Source of the DNA: an uncultured virus (IMG/VR IMGVR_UViG_3300032038_000026)
Taxonomy: Duplodnaviria > Heunggongvirae > Uroviricota > Caudoviricetes
IMG/VR virus record: IMGVR_UViG_3300032038_000026
Length of the DNA stretch: 53,970 nucleotides
Strand: one strand, 5' to 3'
The notes beneath the pieces are model-generated. The model made no database searches, had not been told where the DNA came from, and saw only the letters and a list, made by a program, of their open reading frames with translations. The translations under genes were made by a program, and so were the position numbers. The first letter of the stretch is position 1. Each line of letters begins with the position of its first letter. This document shows, in pieces, positions 38,045 through 50,222 of the stretch.

Positions 38045-39078
38045 TTAGAGAAATACAATATAAAGACCTATTACAATACAGAGAGGGTAAACTCCATATT
38101 TAAGGGTTTGTATAATTATAAAAATGGGATAAAAAATCCACCCAGGCCAAAAATCGCCCCACCTGCACGCGATAAGATTGTCTTCATAATTATGAATAAC
38201 TCTAGATGCCGTCCACACAATGCACATAATAATTAGTAAATAAATTTTATTCATTCGCGGGTCTCCTTTCTTTAGTGTCTATATATTACCATAATTTTCA
38301 GAAAAAGTCAACAACTCTATTTAGACGTTTCACGTCTAATTCAAATTTATTACAAAAGGGTAACATTTCTGTTACCCTTTTGTTTACTCTTCCTCGGTCT
38401 TCGCCTTGGCCTCTTCCTTTTCCTTCTTCTTTGCTTCGGCTTTGGCCTTCTTTTCGGCGGCGGCCTTCTCACGCTCGGCCTTCTTTTCGGCCTGCTCCCG
38501 GAGTTTCATCTGGTAGTCCTCGCGCTCCTGATAGCACTCGTCAGAATCCTTCTTGACGACCTTGGCGACCACCTCAACGAAGCACTCCTCGCCCTCGTAG
38601 ACCATGGGAAAATTGAGCGTATTGGAGTTGACCAGGGCCACATCTTCGCCACCATCGGCGAAGTAGGACAGAAGGCGGTTGATAACCTCGGCGCGAACGG
38701 CATTTGCAAGTGCAAGTTTCATTTTTTGCTCTCCTTTCTTTGGAACTCTTTGTTCCCTTCAGTGTCTATAATATACCATAGAAACACGGTTTTGTCAATG
38801 GGAAAATGAAAGTTTATTTAGACGTCTTACGTCTAAATATAAAACTGTGGAACTTAAAATTCCACAGTCAATTCCGCTTCACCTTTTTTGACCCATTTGT
38901 CATCTGGAAAAGAACAACATAACCCATTATTGAGGCAAACTGCATTAACTGGGTCGCTTTCCTGTGTGTTAACTTCGTCAGTTTTAATAAAAAAGGAATT
39001 GTCGCACAAAAAAATATCTCCCGGTTTAAGTGCTGCAAAAAGATCTTTTTTATTATTATGCTTTTTAGTAATTTTCAT
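38045..39078 (-). CDS. Three small cassette genes (38045-38254 membrane, 38384-38722, 38854-39078)
   Basis: Each has SD, promoter and upstream palindrome. Confidence 0.7.
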
Positions 39079-39185
39079 TTTCTTACCTCCTTTAGTGTCT
39101 ATAATATATCATATTTTCCGGAAAAATGCAAGAGTTACTTTTAGACGCATTACGTCTAAATCCTATTTTTGTAAAAAGGGACTTT

Positions 39186-39614
39186 TTACAGTCCCTTTAA
39201 TACTTTAAAAATTTCTTTTTCTGTATATGCTCCCTCGCCCCATGCTTCCCTGTTGTGCGTTTCATCATCAAACAGGATTCCGTGGCCGTAAAGCTGCTTC
39301 GGCGTTCCATAGGGCAGAATCTGAATACTTGTGAAGTAAACAGAGCCGAGATGCTTTTCAAGCCACTTGATTTTGACCTGCCGCACAGCTTCGTTATACT
39401 CAGGGGAACCGCTGCGGCTTGTCCAGCTAATCACGTTAATCGTGTAGCCTTCGCGGGTGAGGCGGTTGAGGATGCGCGCCAGCGCCTGGAGATTTACCAG
39501 CGGGCGCGCGATTGCATAGGGCCGCACGTCCTCATTAATCAAGTCCTCCAACCAATTCGGGACACCGTAAAGGTCGGCGATAGTGCCGTCCATGTCGAAG
39601 TAAATATTTTTCAT
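39186..39614 (-). CDS. HAD-family 5'(3')-nucleotidase-like protein
   Basis: YFDMDGTIADL, ISWTS, ILFDD. Confidence 0.8.
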   Translation of the reverse strand: MKNIYFDMDGTIADLYGVPNWLEDLINEDVRPYAIARPLVNLQALARILNRLTREGYTINVISWTSRSGSPEYNEAVRQVKIKWLEKHLGSVYFTSIQILPYGTPKQLYGHGILFDDETHNREAWGEGAYTEKEIFKVLKGL

Positions 39615-39732
39615 TGGGTTTCCTCCTTCTTTATTGTGACTAAAGTATATCATAGAAAAGGGATTTTGTCAATCGGGAGATTTAGACGTAAGACGTCTAA
39701 ATTAGATTTTCGGAGAAAATCTCCGAAAATTT

Positions 39733-39978
39733 TTATTTAATTTTATTTCGCCTACCTTTACTAGAAATATATAATGGTGAAAGTTCAATTTCTTTTTTAT
39801 TATTGTATCCACCAATATATACGTATTTATCATATTCTTTTATTGCTTCCCATGCTTCCCAAAAATTTTCTGCAAGTGCAGAAAAGATTGCATCATCTCG
39901 TTTGTTAAGTTCATCATCCACAATTTTTTTGATTTCTTTTAGTCCTTCGGTTGGGAACTCATCAATTTCTACAAACAT
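39733..39978 (-). CDS. Hypothetical protein
   Basis: AAAGGAG SD, promoter, palindrome. Confidence 0.6.
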   Translation of the reverse strand: MFVEIDEFPTEGLKEIKKIVDDELNKRDDAIFSALAENFWEAWEAIKEYDKYVYIGGYNNKKEIELSPLYISSKGRRNKIK

Positions 39979-40113
39979 TGTTTTATCTCCTTTCTTATTG
40001 TGGTTATATATTATCATAAATTTTCGGATTTGTCAACTATATATTTAGACGTAGTACGTCTAAATTCTAAAAATTACGAAACGGTAACATTTCTGTTACC
40101 GTTTCGATTTGGT

Positions 40114-40497
40114 TTACGCTTCGATTTCGTGGTTGAGATGCTGCGCGCCCTCGGGGACGGAGTACACCACGCGGCGAGCTTTGCCGATCTTCGCCTCGCC
40201 CTTCATCACCTTTCCGGTGGTAATGAGAGCCTTACAGGCGGCGGTAGCCTCGGCGGGCTTCATACCAGTGGCGGCGGCAATATCGTCGCGGGTGAAGAAC
40301 TCGTCAGGGTTGTGCTTCTCAAAGAAGCCTTTGACAAGCAGAACACGCTGGGCGGCTTCACGCTGTTCCTTCGTGGGAGTAGCCTTGCGCTTTGCGTTCT
40401 TCTCATCCAGCTTCTGGATAAACTGGCGGCTGACCTCGTCCATAGAGTCGGAGATATGAGCGTCAAGAACGGCCTGGAAATACTCACGAGTAGTCAT
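40114..40497 (-). CDS. MTTRE-family protein B
   Basis: TRDDIAAATGMKPAEATAACKAL HTH-like segment. Confidence 0.75.
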   Translation of the reverse strand: MTTREYFQAVLDAHISDSMDEVSRQFIQKLDEKNAKRKATPTKEQREAAQRVLLVKGFFEKHNPDEFFTRDDIAAATGMKPAEATAACKALITTGKVMKGEAKIGKARRVVYSVPEGAQHLNHEIEA

Positions 40498-41023
40498 AGT
40501 GGTTTCCTTTCTGCGCTTCATGCGCTGGCGGTAGGTCGCTACCCTTATTTATTGCTTGGGTTCTTTCCCCCTTGCAAGTATAAGATACCACATCTTTAGG
40601 GAAATTGCAAGACCCTGTTTTAGACGTTTTACGTCTAAATCTAATTTTTAAGAAAAAGAAAAGCCTTGCGGCTTTCTTTTGTTAGTTGTCCTCATCTATG
40701 ATATATTTTTCTTCTAACAGAGTTGTTTCATCCCATAGAATAACATGGTCGCGATTACATAGCTCAGCACTTTCAATAGTCGCATCATATAACTTTTTGG
40801 CTTCCTCATAAGTATCACAATACTCATAATAGCCACCTTCATACTGATGATGATAATAAACACTATACATTATTTTTTTCTTCCTTTTCAGTATATTGAG
40901 TTTTCCTTTCTTCTTGGTGATTATAATATAACACACTTTTAGGAAGATTGCAAGAAGGAGAATTAGACGTTATACGTCTAAAAATGAATTTTTTGAAAAG
41001 GGGAGAATTTTCTCCCCTTTCAT

Positions 41024-41359
41024 TTATGCGATGGAATACGCCACCTTGCGCGCCTTGTCCACCTTGATTTCCGTCTTGGTGACGGCCTCACCGAGTGCCT
41101 TGCACGCGGCGGACGCCTGAGCGGGCGACATACCGAGGACTCCCGCGATGGTATCACGGGTCACAGGCTCAGTCTGCTCCTTGAGGAAAGCCAGCACAGC
41201 CGCGGCACGGGCGGCAGCTTCCTTCTGCTCCTTGGTCTCCGTATTCTTGCGCTTTTCGTTCTTGGCATCAAGTGCTGCAATCAGCTCCTGTGCCTTCGTG
41301 GTCAGCTCCTCATTGACATTGGCCTCAACAACAGCAGTATAGAATTCGCGAGTGGTCAT
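41024..41359 (-). CDS. MTTRE-family protein C
   Basis: TRDTIAGVLGMSPAQASAACKAL. Confidence 0.75.
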   Translation of the reverse strand: MTTREFYTAVVEANVNEELTTKAQELIAALDAKNEKRKNTETKEQKEAAARAAAVLAFLKEQTEPVTRDTIAGVLGMSPAQASAACKALGEAVTKTEIKVDKARKVAYSIA

Positions 41360-41794
41360 GGTGTTTCCTTTCTGCACTTATCAGTGCCTGTGGTGTCGGT
41401 CACCGCCCTATTTTATTCTGTCGGGTTATCTCCCCTTCAGTGTCTATATATTACCATAGAAACCCGTTTTTGTCAACGGGATGTTTTAGACGTTCTACGT
41501 CTAAATTTACCATGCACAAGAGGCGCGGAGTGATCGGTTCCGCGCCCCTGTGCCCATATTCAACCCAGCTGGCTTTGGATACCAGCTTTCGGACGCCTCT
41601 TTTTTGGCGGGCGTGCGTCTTTTTCCACGTTAGTAACTCATATGAGAATCTTTTCCTTACCTTTTTATTCTCTTTTGGGAGTTATGGCCACTCACTTCCC
41701 TTGGAGTGATTATATATTACTATATTTTTGGGAAAAAGTCAAGAGCATGAGTTAGACGTATGACGTCTAAATATAAAAAAGTGAGAATAAAATC

Positions 41795-43423
41795 TCACTT
41801 TTCTGTTTTTACGGTGGTCTTAAAAATCCCACGTAACAGTGCAGATATAATCCAGATTGCCAACACAAGCGGCCAGCTGAAAGTTACTGCTACGCCGCAG
41901 ATAGTGGTGATTCCGATTGCGTTAAGCGCCCAGCAAAGAATCCAGATAAAACCTGCTTCCATTAAGAAACTGAAAGCACCGCCGAGGATAATGATAAGAA
42001 TTGTAATAATCATTTTTTTTGTTCTCCTTTCCTTTTGTGATTATAATATATCAGATTTTCGGCAAAAAGTCAATCCCCCAATTTAGACGTACCACGTCTA
42101 AATACTTTTTCTAAAAATGACGGCCACATCCGGAGGTAGATGCAGCCGTCCCGTAGTATCAATTATTTTGAAGGTCTACGTGGTTCTCCATGAAGTGGAG
42201 GAGAGCGTCGAGGCCGTCAAACAGGCAACCCTCTTTGACATTATAATCATTTTGTTCCTCGCTTACCTGCTCACCCAGCTCTTGATAATCGTAATCATCC
42301 ATATCCTGCAACATTTCCCAGACCGCACGCACATGTGCGATTTCTTCCTCAGTGAAGATGAACTTTATAGAATGAATAGATACCATTTTTATTATCTCCT
42401 TCCCTTTTGTGATTATATATTACCACAAAGACTTATATTTGTCAACGACCACTTTTAGACGTTCCACGTCTAACTTTAACTGCGGGAGAATTAATCCTCT
42501 CCCGCGCATGAACTGCAATAGCATTGATAATCATCATCAATCAGTGCCGATGGCGCCGCCATTGTCATGCCGCAACAAGTGCAAGCAACAATCATTGGGA
42601 AACCGTTCTGAGAAAACCACGTTCCGGGAATGGAATCGTGCGGCATTTCCAGACCATACTCATCTTTTACAAAATTTCTGAAAGTTTTCATTTTAGGAAC
42701 CTCCATATATTATTTTCCTTTCGGTGAGTATATATTACTATATTTTCGGAAAATTGTCAAGAGTTTTATTAGACGTATCACGTCTAAATCTAATTTTGGG
42801 AGAAATTTTCTCCCAATTTTAGGCAATGAATTGAACATAAAAATGTTTCAGAAGTTCACCGGTTTCGTGGTCGATTTCGGCATATACAACGCCATTACAA
42901 ACAAATTCCTGTGTATGTAGTTCGTTTCTGAAACCGAGATGAGCTGCGCACAGCTCACGTGCCTCATCGTAGCTCTGACACGGGGAACCGATATAACGAT
43001 CCCGAAAGTCAGGGTTTGCAACAGAATAGTCTCTTTCAATAACGGCGATAATCATTTTTAAGTCCTCCTATATTTTGTTTGTTCCCTTGGAACGATTATA
43101 TATTACCATATATATATTTATTTGTCAACGGGATGATTTAGACGTAACACGTCTAAATAGGGAAGATCTCACTCAACGAGTGAGAACTCATTCCCTTTTA
43201 ACTGCAAAGTTGCAAAGTCAATGTCGTGATAACTGAACACGACCGGTTCGCCATTGAGAAGCCGCTGTGCAAGACTCCAGCTTGTCATGCGTGCGGCTGG
43301 TTCCATTTCCCATGCCACGTACACAGCTTCCTCGACGGAAAAACCGAAATTCCGGAGATCGGAGTCGTCCGCATGAAAAATCCAAGATTCGCCCCAAGAA
43401 GCAGAAATAGTGTAAGTTTTCAT
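41795..43423 (-). CDS. Five small cassette genes (41795-42013 membrane, 42159-42386, 42491-42706 Cys-rich, 42819-43055, 43169-43423)
   Basis: One gene per palindrome-promoter unit, each with an SD. Confidence 0.7.
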
Positions 43424-44403
43424 TGAATTTTACCTCCCCTTTGATGGTACCAATATACCACATTTTGGGGGAAATGTCAACTGGATGAATTAGACGTATC
43501 ACGTCTAAAAAGACTTTCTAAAAATGACGGGACCGTTGAGGAGGTAACGGCCCCGCCCCGAAGTAGCAAAATTAAGGGAGAAGAAAGCTAATGCTTTTCT
43601 GGCGAGAAGGTCTTATGGTTGCCTTTTGGATTCCATTTCTTCCCCCCTTGACAATTATGATTATACCAGAATTTCCGGAAAAGTCAATACTCAACTTTAG
43701 ACGCAACACGTCTAAATATAGAATTGGGAGAAACTCCCAATTACTTCCAGTAATCATCATCATCCTTTTCATATTTCGCGGAAAGTTCGTCATTAATTTT
43801 CCAAACAAACCACCCCGCACCGATAATTCCGAGAATTGTGAGAATTGCCCAAGAAATAACAGAATCCATTTTTATTCCCTCCTTTATTTTCTATAAATAG
43901 TTTAACATAAAAATATATTTATGTCAACTTTTTAATTTAGACGACACACGTCTAAGCTAGCTTTCAGCTTCCAGCTTGCAGCTTTCGCAGCTGCTAAAAA
44001 TTGTATAATTTAGACGTGCGCGTAAAAGAAAATGGGAGAAAATGTGGTGAGATTTGAATCGGGTGGCCTTAACTTGATAGTTTTGGGGAAAAGCTCATGA
44101 TATTAACAAAACATCAAACCATCAAACCCTTATCCGTCCCTACATTTGATAGTATACCACAATTTTGGGCGTGCTGCAAGGCCCTGATTTAGACGCCATG
44201 CGTCTAAATGAATATTTATACAAAATTTAGACGCAACGCGTCTAAATCGGGATTCGGTTAGCAGTCGCTAACTGGACACGTCTAAATTGGGAGAAAATGG
44301 GAGCAGTTAGTTATTGCTAACTCGACACGTCTAAATTTCCCCTATACCAGTTAGCACATGCTAACTCACAGTAAAAAATAAAGGAAGGCCTTCCGGCCTC
44401 CCC

Positions 44404-44900
44404 TTACGGTGCTACATGCAGTTCGTAGTCTATGCGCTCGCACAGCCTTTTAATCTCTTCGAGGCTCCTCGTTCCTCCGAGGCGCTTGTAAATCTGACAA
44501 GCGCCGAGGCCTCCGGCTCTAAACAGCTCGGTAACTGTTCTCTTGCCGCCTCCGACACACGGCCGCCTGAGCAAATCCTCAGCGGCCTCGATGCATCCGG
44601 CCTGAGTGGTCAGGTTATAACCACGCTTGCGGCCTACCCAATAGGCTCTGACTGATACGGAAAACTTATACATGTTTATATCCTCCTCTTTGTAGTGGTG
44701 GGGGATTACATCCCCCACCTGCTCAGCTCTTCATCATTTGCGGCGTCGTGGGCAATTACTGTATAGATTTCGCTGATTCGTGCAATTACATTACCTGCCC
44801 TGCGCCCTGCCTCATCGAGGTTTTCAACTATGAAATCATTACTCCAGCCCGTGATACCTGTGTATTTATTGCGATATTCAAAGTAGATTTTCATTTTCAT
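44404..44900 (-). CDS. Two small hypothetical genes (44404-44673, 44706-44900)
   Basis: GAGGAGG and AAGGAGG SD sites; hairpin after the stop at 44404. Confidence 0.6.
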
Positions 44901-44928
44901 TCCCTCCTTAGCTTATTAGCAGGGGCGC

Positions 44929-45402
44929 TTAGAAGCGCCCCTCGCAATCGAAATACTCCTCAAGAGTCATGAGGCAAGAATCATACAAGCTGTCAAGCAG
45001 CTTGTAATATTTCGCCCCGTGAGGCTTGCCCTTAGCGTTATTCCAGAAGGTCTGGATTGTAACCTTGTGCTGACCGGAGGAGCTAACCTTCTCACGAATC
45101 AAGCCGCAGGATTCAAGGCACTCAAGAAAAGCCTCACGCTCAAGAATAAAACCTTCCTGAGCAGTAACTTTCAGCTTTGCCTGAACCACAGGCACATAAA
45201 CAACATACTTGACTTTGCTGTGCAGGAGCTGGTCAAGTTCGCCTGCGCAGGTCTTGACCTCATAGCACTTGTTATCACGTCTGAAGTCAATCTTGCCCTG
45301 CTTTGCAACAACAGCCTTCTGATTAAACATAGCCTTCAAGTCACGCTCGAAGGTCTTGCCGTTAGCGCCGGAATCCGTAACTTTATAACCGTAATCGTTC
45401 AT
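44929..45402 (-). CDS. Possible PD-(D/E)XK nuclease-fold protein, first gene of the minus-strand block
   Basis: GKTFE..IDF..YEVKT pattern; GAGGAGG SD. Confidence 0.5.
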   Translation of the reverse strand: MNDYGYKVTDSGANGKTFERDLKAMFNQKAVVAKQGKIDFRRDNKCYEVKTCAGELDQLLHSKVKYVVYVPVVQAKLKVTAQEGFILEREAFLECLESCGLIREKVSSSGQHKVTIQTFWNNAKGKPHGAKYYKLLDSLYDSCLMTLEEYFDCEGRF

Positions 45403-45815
45403 TTTTATATCCTCCTCAAAATTATTTGTAGCTTTGAGCGTTCCCTTGTTGCAAGTTTGCCGCCGACTAACTCGACAGAGGGCAGGGGCCTGTTAACAAC
45501 GCCTCATTCAATTCTGACCGCCTCGGAAGGACTCGCTTTGACTTATGTCCTTCACTGTCTGTATACTATCACAGGCGCGTCTAAATTGCAAGCCCTATTT
45601 TTCACTTTGTAGACTTGCACAAAAACCGATCCGGGGTACTTCTGGGATTTGTGCAATTTGACGGCGGCTCTGCGCGGGACCCCTGGTTACAATTCCCACC
45701 GAAATAAAAATTTCAATTCACTAAAATAAAAATCCCATCTCTATATTTTTCTCCCAATCCCCCTACTTTAAAATAGAAAATAAATAAATAAATTTATCTT
45801 TATAGGAGGTATTCT

Positions 45816-47546
45816 ATGTCTCGTTCATACTATGATTGGATGCGGGCGAAACGCAACTTTTTCTCTTCCCAAGCCACTCGCATTACATCTATTCCAAAAC
45901 CAGACGACGCAGTCGTATACGAACGCGAATCAACTAATCCATATTGGCAACGATATCGCGAATCCTATCTAGATCGAATTCCGACTGCCCTAAACCTAAA
46001 TTTCCCCGCCGAGCGCATACAACAATTCATAACCCAAGCCGCGCAATTCGAATATAATAAAGAAGAAGAATTTTTATCAAAGTTTTATAAATCCAATAAC
46101 ACAAATGAATCCCATATAGAAAAATTCAACAATTTATTCTAGTCACGCGAGATGTACACCAAATTTAATGACCGAATACAAAATATTTTAAATAATAAAT
46201 AGTATTAGAAGAATAAAGATTAGAGCGCGAACGAATACTATACCGGTATGGCGCCAAACCTAAGCTCAGTTTTTATTACATACTTTGACAAACATTTTCA
46301 AACTCAATTATATGAGTTTTATAAAAACTTTAGTGTTGAGACACCTGATACAAAATTATTAGACGACTTTGATAATATTATACGTAAAGCTATTTTAGAA
46401 GCCTCGCGCGAAATGGCGCAAATTTCACTTGAAAGAGCAAATGAATACGGTTCAGGTGATGAGTGGGCGCCAATCTACGATATGCTACAAAATAATGATC
46501 GTTCAATGGAATTATTTTTAAATACTTTAAAAGAAGCAATAGGCCCAACAAATTTTAATGATTTATTAGAAGAATTAAAGTCGTAGAAACATACAGCGAA
46601 ACGAGTTTCAAAAAAACGTATTTCAGATGCAACTTTTTAGAAGCTTGCAAATATAAAAGGTCGTAAAGCTTCAATTGGCGGTTCTATATTAGAGCCAGTT
46701 ATTGCAATGATGGCGAATTATTTTAATGGAAGTAATAGTAATGGAGATTCAAAGTTAAGTTATAAAATGTTGGCTGAAAATTTTGGCGGCAATAAAGTTA
46801 TGAGTGACGTGGTTTAGATGTGGACTACAAATGTAGATGTAGACTTATAGCCTTTAATAGATGAGCTGCGCGAAGCCATGAATGCGGCAGATAGCGCGCA
46901 TATTCGCGAAGTTTATAAAAAGATTAGTGATTATTATCTATGGAATGATTTAGAAGGTAAATTAGATGACCTTTATACTGTATTTGTAAACGCTAAGAAC
47001 TATGGCATTGGCGCAAATGGACGTGATTATACAAAATCTTACAAAGGCTAGCTTGAAGAATTACCTTCTTTTTTATAGGCTAACGGAATTGAAGTAGGTC
47101 GCGCTAGTGATTTTTTAGCTTTTGCTTATAATACTGGTGAAGGTGCAGTACGGGCGGGTTATCGTTAGGATTTCATGGAAGAATGCAGTAATGCACTTAA
47201 AGCTATGGCAGCGAATATAATGTTTGATGATTATGAGTCTGTTGGACATGGGGGTACTACTCAAATTCACATGTATTATTTAAGTGGTAAATATATACCA
47301 GCATCAGTTGTATTTTAGTCTATGGCTGACTCTATGAATGATGCAAAAGCTACAATAACATTACCGCCAGCAATTAAAGATGATGGGCCAGGATGGGGTG
47401 ATATAAAACGAACTTCAACCAATGATGCAGATTTTAAAGAAAAACTTTGGGAACACTGGAGGCAAGAATATAACGATGCTAAAGTTGCATCTACATGGAG
47501 CGTTTCATTTACTTTAAGAATTAAGAAATTAGTTGGATTAATATAA
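45816..47546 (+). CDS. 576-aa hypothetical protein with 12 in-frame TAG
   Basis: Supplied ORFs 45816, 46248 and 47322 share one frame with only TAG between them; AGGAGG SD. Confidence 0.8.
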
Positions 47547-47661
47547 AATTTGACATTTCTCCCAACCTATGCTATAATATATTTGTAAGGGGGAAAAACT
47601 AAGGAGTGGCGCCCGTATTACCTAACCCCTGGCACTATCGTACGCGCGCCGTCAACGTAAA

Positions 47662-49005
47662 TTGGCAAATAACAGACTAAGATTAGATTTTTCTTTATAG
47701 ACCGCAGAAGAACGTCTAAACTTTTTAAATTCATATCTCCCCACTATCAACTTTAAACCAAATGAGCATGAAATGGAAACACTTTCTGATTATGTGCTTT
47801 GGGGCAAAAATAAAAGTGGCCTCAACGCACAACAAGAAGGTGACGTCACCTTAAAAGAATGGGCCGCCTCCAAAGTCGAATCAATAGACGGCCTCATAGA
47901 AAATCCTGGCTTTCAAGAATAGCGTTTTCAAAAACTCGGCGGCACACATTATAAGACAGCGCGCGTCGTATTCGATAGAGACGAAGTTTTAAAGAAAGCG
48001 CCGCAAAATCTCAAACAAATTTTTGAAGACTTATTTGCGCAAATTGACTATATGGAACTGGTCATAAATTATTATGACTTATAGAATGGAAAGCGCAAAA
48101 CTCCGCCGCGCGAAGCCTTACTGAAGCGTTTTAGTGAAGAAAAACAACAAAAATGTATGAAGAGGGCGGCCGAGCTAACGCAAAGACAATACCTCAAGAT
48201 GCGGCACCACCTAGTAGAGCTTAGAACAGAACAATACACTTATCGTGATTGCGTCTGTAATACTATACTGCCGCATACAGAAATATATCCTATTGAATCT
48301 GAAGAACCATTTAGATTTGATGCAGACATGGAAATACTGCCGTTTGGCCTTCATGATGGGTCTCAATGGGCCACAAAAGTATTCCAAATGGCGCCAGAAC
48401 CACTTTCTTTTACAGAAGAAGATTTGAAAAAAGTTAGTAGTTAGATTTGGAAAAAACCAGAACATAATTAGTTTTTTAGTTTTGAAAATCCAGAACATTT
48501 ACTTGCTCTTTATAAATCATATAAAGATATAAAATTTGAAGCTGACCAGGACCCAGAACAAATTTATAGCGCGGCCGCTTCATTACTTAGAACTCTTCAC
48601 TTTTATGAAGAAAATGCGAAACTAAATGACTTATAGAGAGAAATACTACATATGAAAATTGATTAGGTGCCGAATTTAGATATTTCTTTATATATAAACA
48701 AAAAATATGGTACGACTTATAATGATAATTATATTTCTACTATCTTTAGAAAGAAAATTCTTTCAACTATAGCTGAAGCGGCGTCTTATCATAAAATGAT
48801 TATGGAGAATATTTTTTATCCCGAAAACTTTAAGCGCTGTAAAGATTGCGGCCGGATGCTCCTGCGCTCCCCTGAGTTCTTTATGCGTCAGCACAAAGCG
48901 CCAGATGGGTTTTCTCCAAGATGTAAGGAGTGCTAGAAAATTAAAAGAGAAAAGGAGAAAAATAAATATGAAATTAGGTATGTAGCTAATAGAGCAGATC
49001 TCTAA
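47662..49005 (+). CDS. Hypothetical DNA-binding protein with C-terminal CxxC..CxxC finger (TAG readthrough; TTG start uncertain)
   Basis: Single frame through supplied ORFs 48157 and 48667; CKDC..CKEC. Confidence 0.7.
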
Positions 49006-49252
49006 GATGGAACCAGTTGAATTTCTTGGTTTGGCTAGGCTTTTAGGTGTACAAGTCTTAGAAGAAAATAAAGAAGCAACTGAAGATAAAGATAAATTTA
49101 AACCACGTAGTTTTGCGGACGTATTAGAAGATGTATTGGCAAAATATGAAAAACAAAATCGTAGCCGCAAACGCGAAATTATTAAGTTAGTAAAAAAATC
49201 TAATGCTGTGCGTAGAGGTGACCCTGATGCCAGTAATGCCGCAGATTCCTAA
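48968..49252 (+). CDS. Hypothetical protein
   Basis: AAGGAG SD, one TAG upstream of the 49007 ORF. Confidence 0.6.
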
Positions 49253-50222
49253 GAGGGCGGCCGGTTCATCAAAACGATGTGAAAAATGCGGCCGGTCACT
49301 ACCTCTTTCTTAGTTTTCTATCACTCATAGTAAATTCTATAGTGATGGTTATTTACCTTTATGTAATGAATGTATTTCTAACATGATTAATGAAGATGAT
49401 AATAACTGGAAGACTATAGATAAAATATGCCAATGGGCAGATATTCCATTCGTAGTAAAAGAATGGGAACGAATTTCACAAATAACTCTACCAACTGAAA
49501 CCTGGGCGACATATGCTAAAGTTTTCTCTACACAAGACTATGAAGATCTTGGATGGGGGGACTATTATAGGCAGTACAAAAAGTTAAAAGAGGTTGGTCT
49601 TATTGAAGAGGAAATACCAGAAGTGCGCGAGAAGCGTTATATAGAGCTTCGCCGCAAATGGGGCGAAAATTATGATGATGAAGAATTAAATCGTTTAGAA
49701 GACCTCTACAAAGGTCTCATGAACACTCAAAATATAAGCGGCGCGCTTCAAATAGATCAAGCCCAAAAACTTTGTAAGCTTTCTCTTGAGATAGATAATC
49801 GTATTCGTGCTGGAGACAAAGAAGTAGATAAATTTATGTCGGCATATAGTAAAATTATCAAAGATGCTGAATTTACACCGAAGAATGCGAAAAATGCAAC
49901 TGATTTTGATTCCTTCGCTGAAGTTGCATATTGGCTTGAAAAACATGGGAAAATTAATAAATTCTACGATAATGTTACGCGCGATGTTATAGACGAAGCG
50001 CTTAAAAACATTGAAAATTATAATCAACGACTTTATGTAAACGAAGGCGGTATTGGAGAAGAAATTACTCAGCGTTTACATGCTTTAAATATGGCGAATA
50101 GTATGGAGCAAAATGATGGAATTTATGATATACAACCCGACTTTGATTCAGATGAATATGATAATGAAGCATATATTATAGATGGTGAAGAGGACGAATT
50201 TGACCCAGGTGGTGAAGAATAA
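49227..50222 (+). CDS. Zinc-finger protein, candidate terminase small subunit
   Basis: CEKC..CNEC joined via TAG; stop overlaps the terminase start; function inferred from position. Confidence 0.55.

Larger units (their letters stand above)
35611..44246. repeat. 22 copies of palindrome TTAGACG(T)-N3-(A)CGTCTAA, mostly just upstream of minus-strand promoters
   Basis: Copies near 35611, 36445, 36977, 37993, 38321, 38818, 39141, 39682, 40045, 40620, 40963, 41486, 41752, 42083, 42455, 42769, 43138, 43490, 43697, 43938, 44188, 44227; half sites near 44010, 44278, 44327, 45577. Confidence 0.95.

Noticed and set aside
35611..44246. Palindrome array as a CRISPR array
   Set aside because: Spacing is mostly 200-1000 bp and contains promoters and genes; the repeat centre varies; no cas genes in the window
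35611..44246. Palindromes as integron attC sites
   Set aside because: TTAGAC/GTCTAA resemble the core boxes but are in the opposite order, the site is only about 20 bp, and no integrase is present in the window
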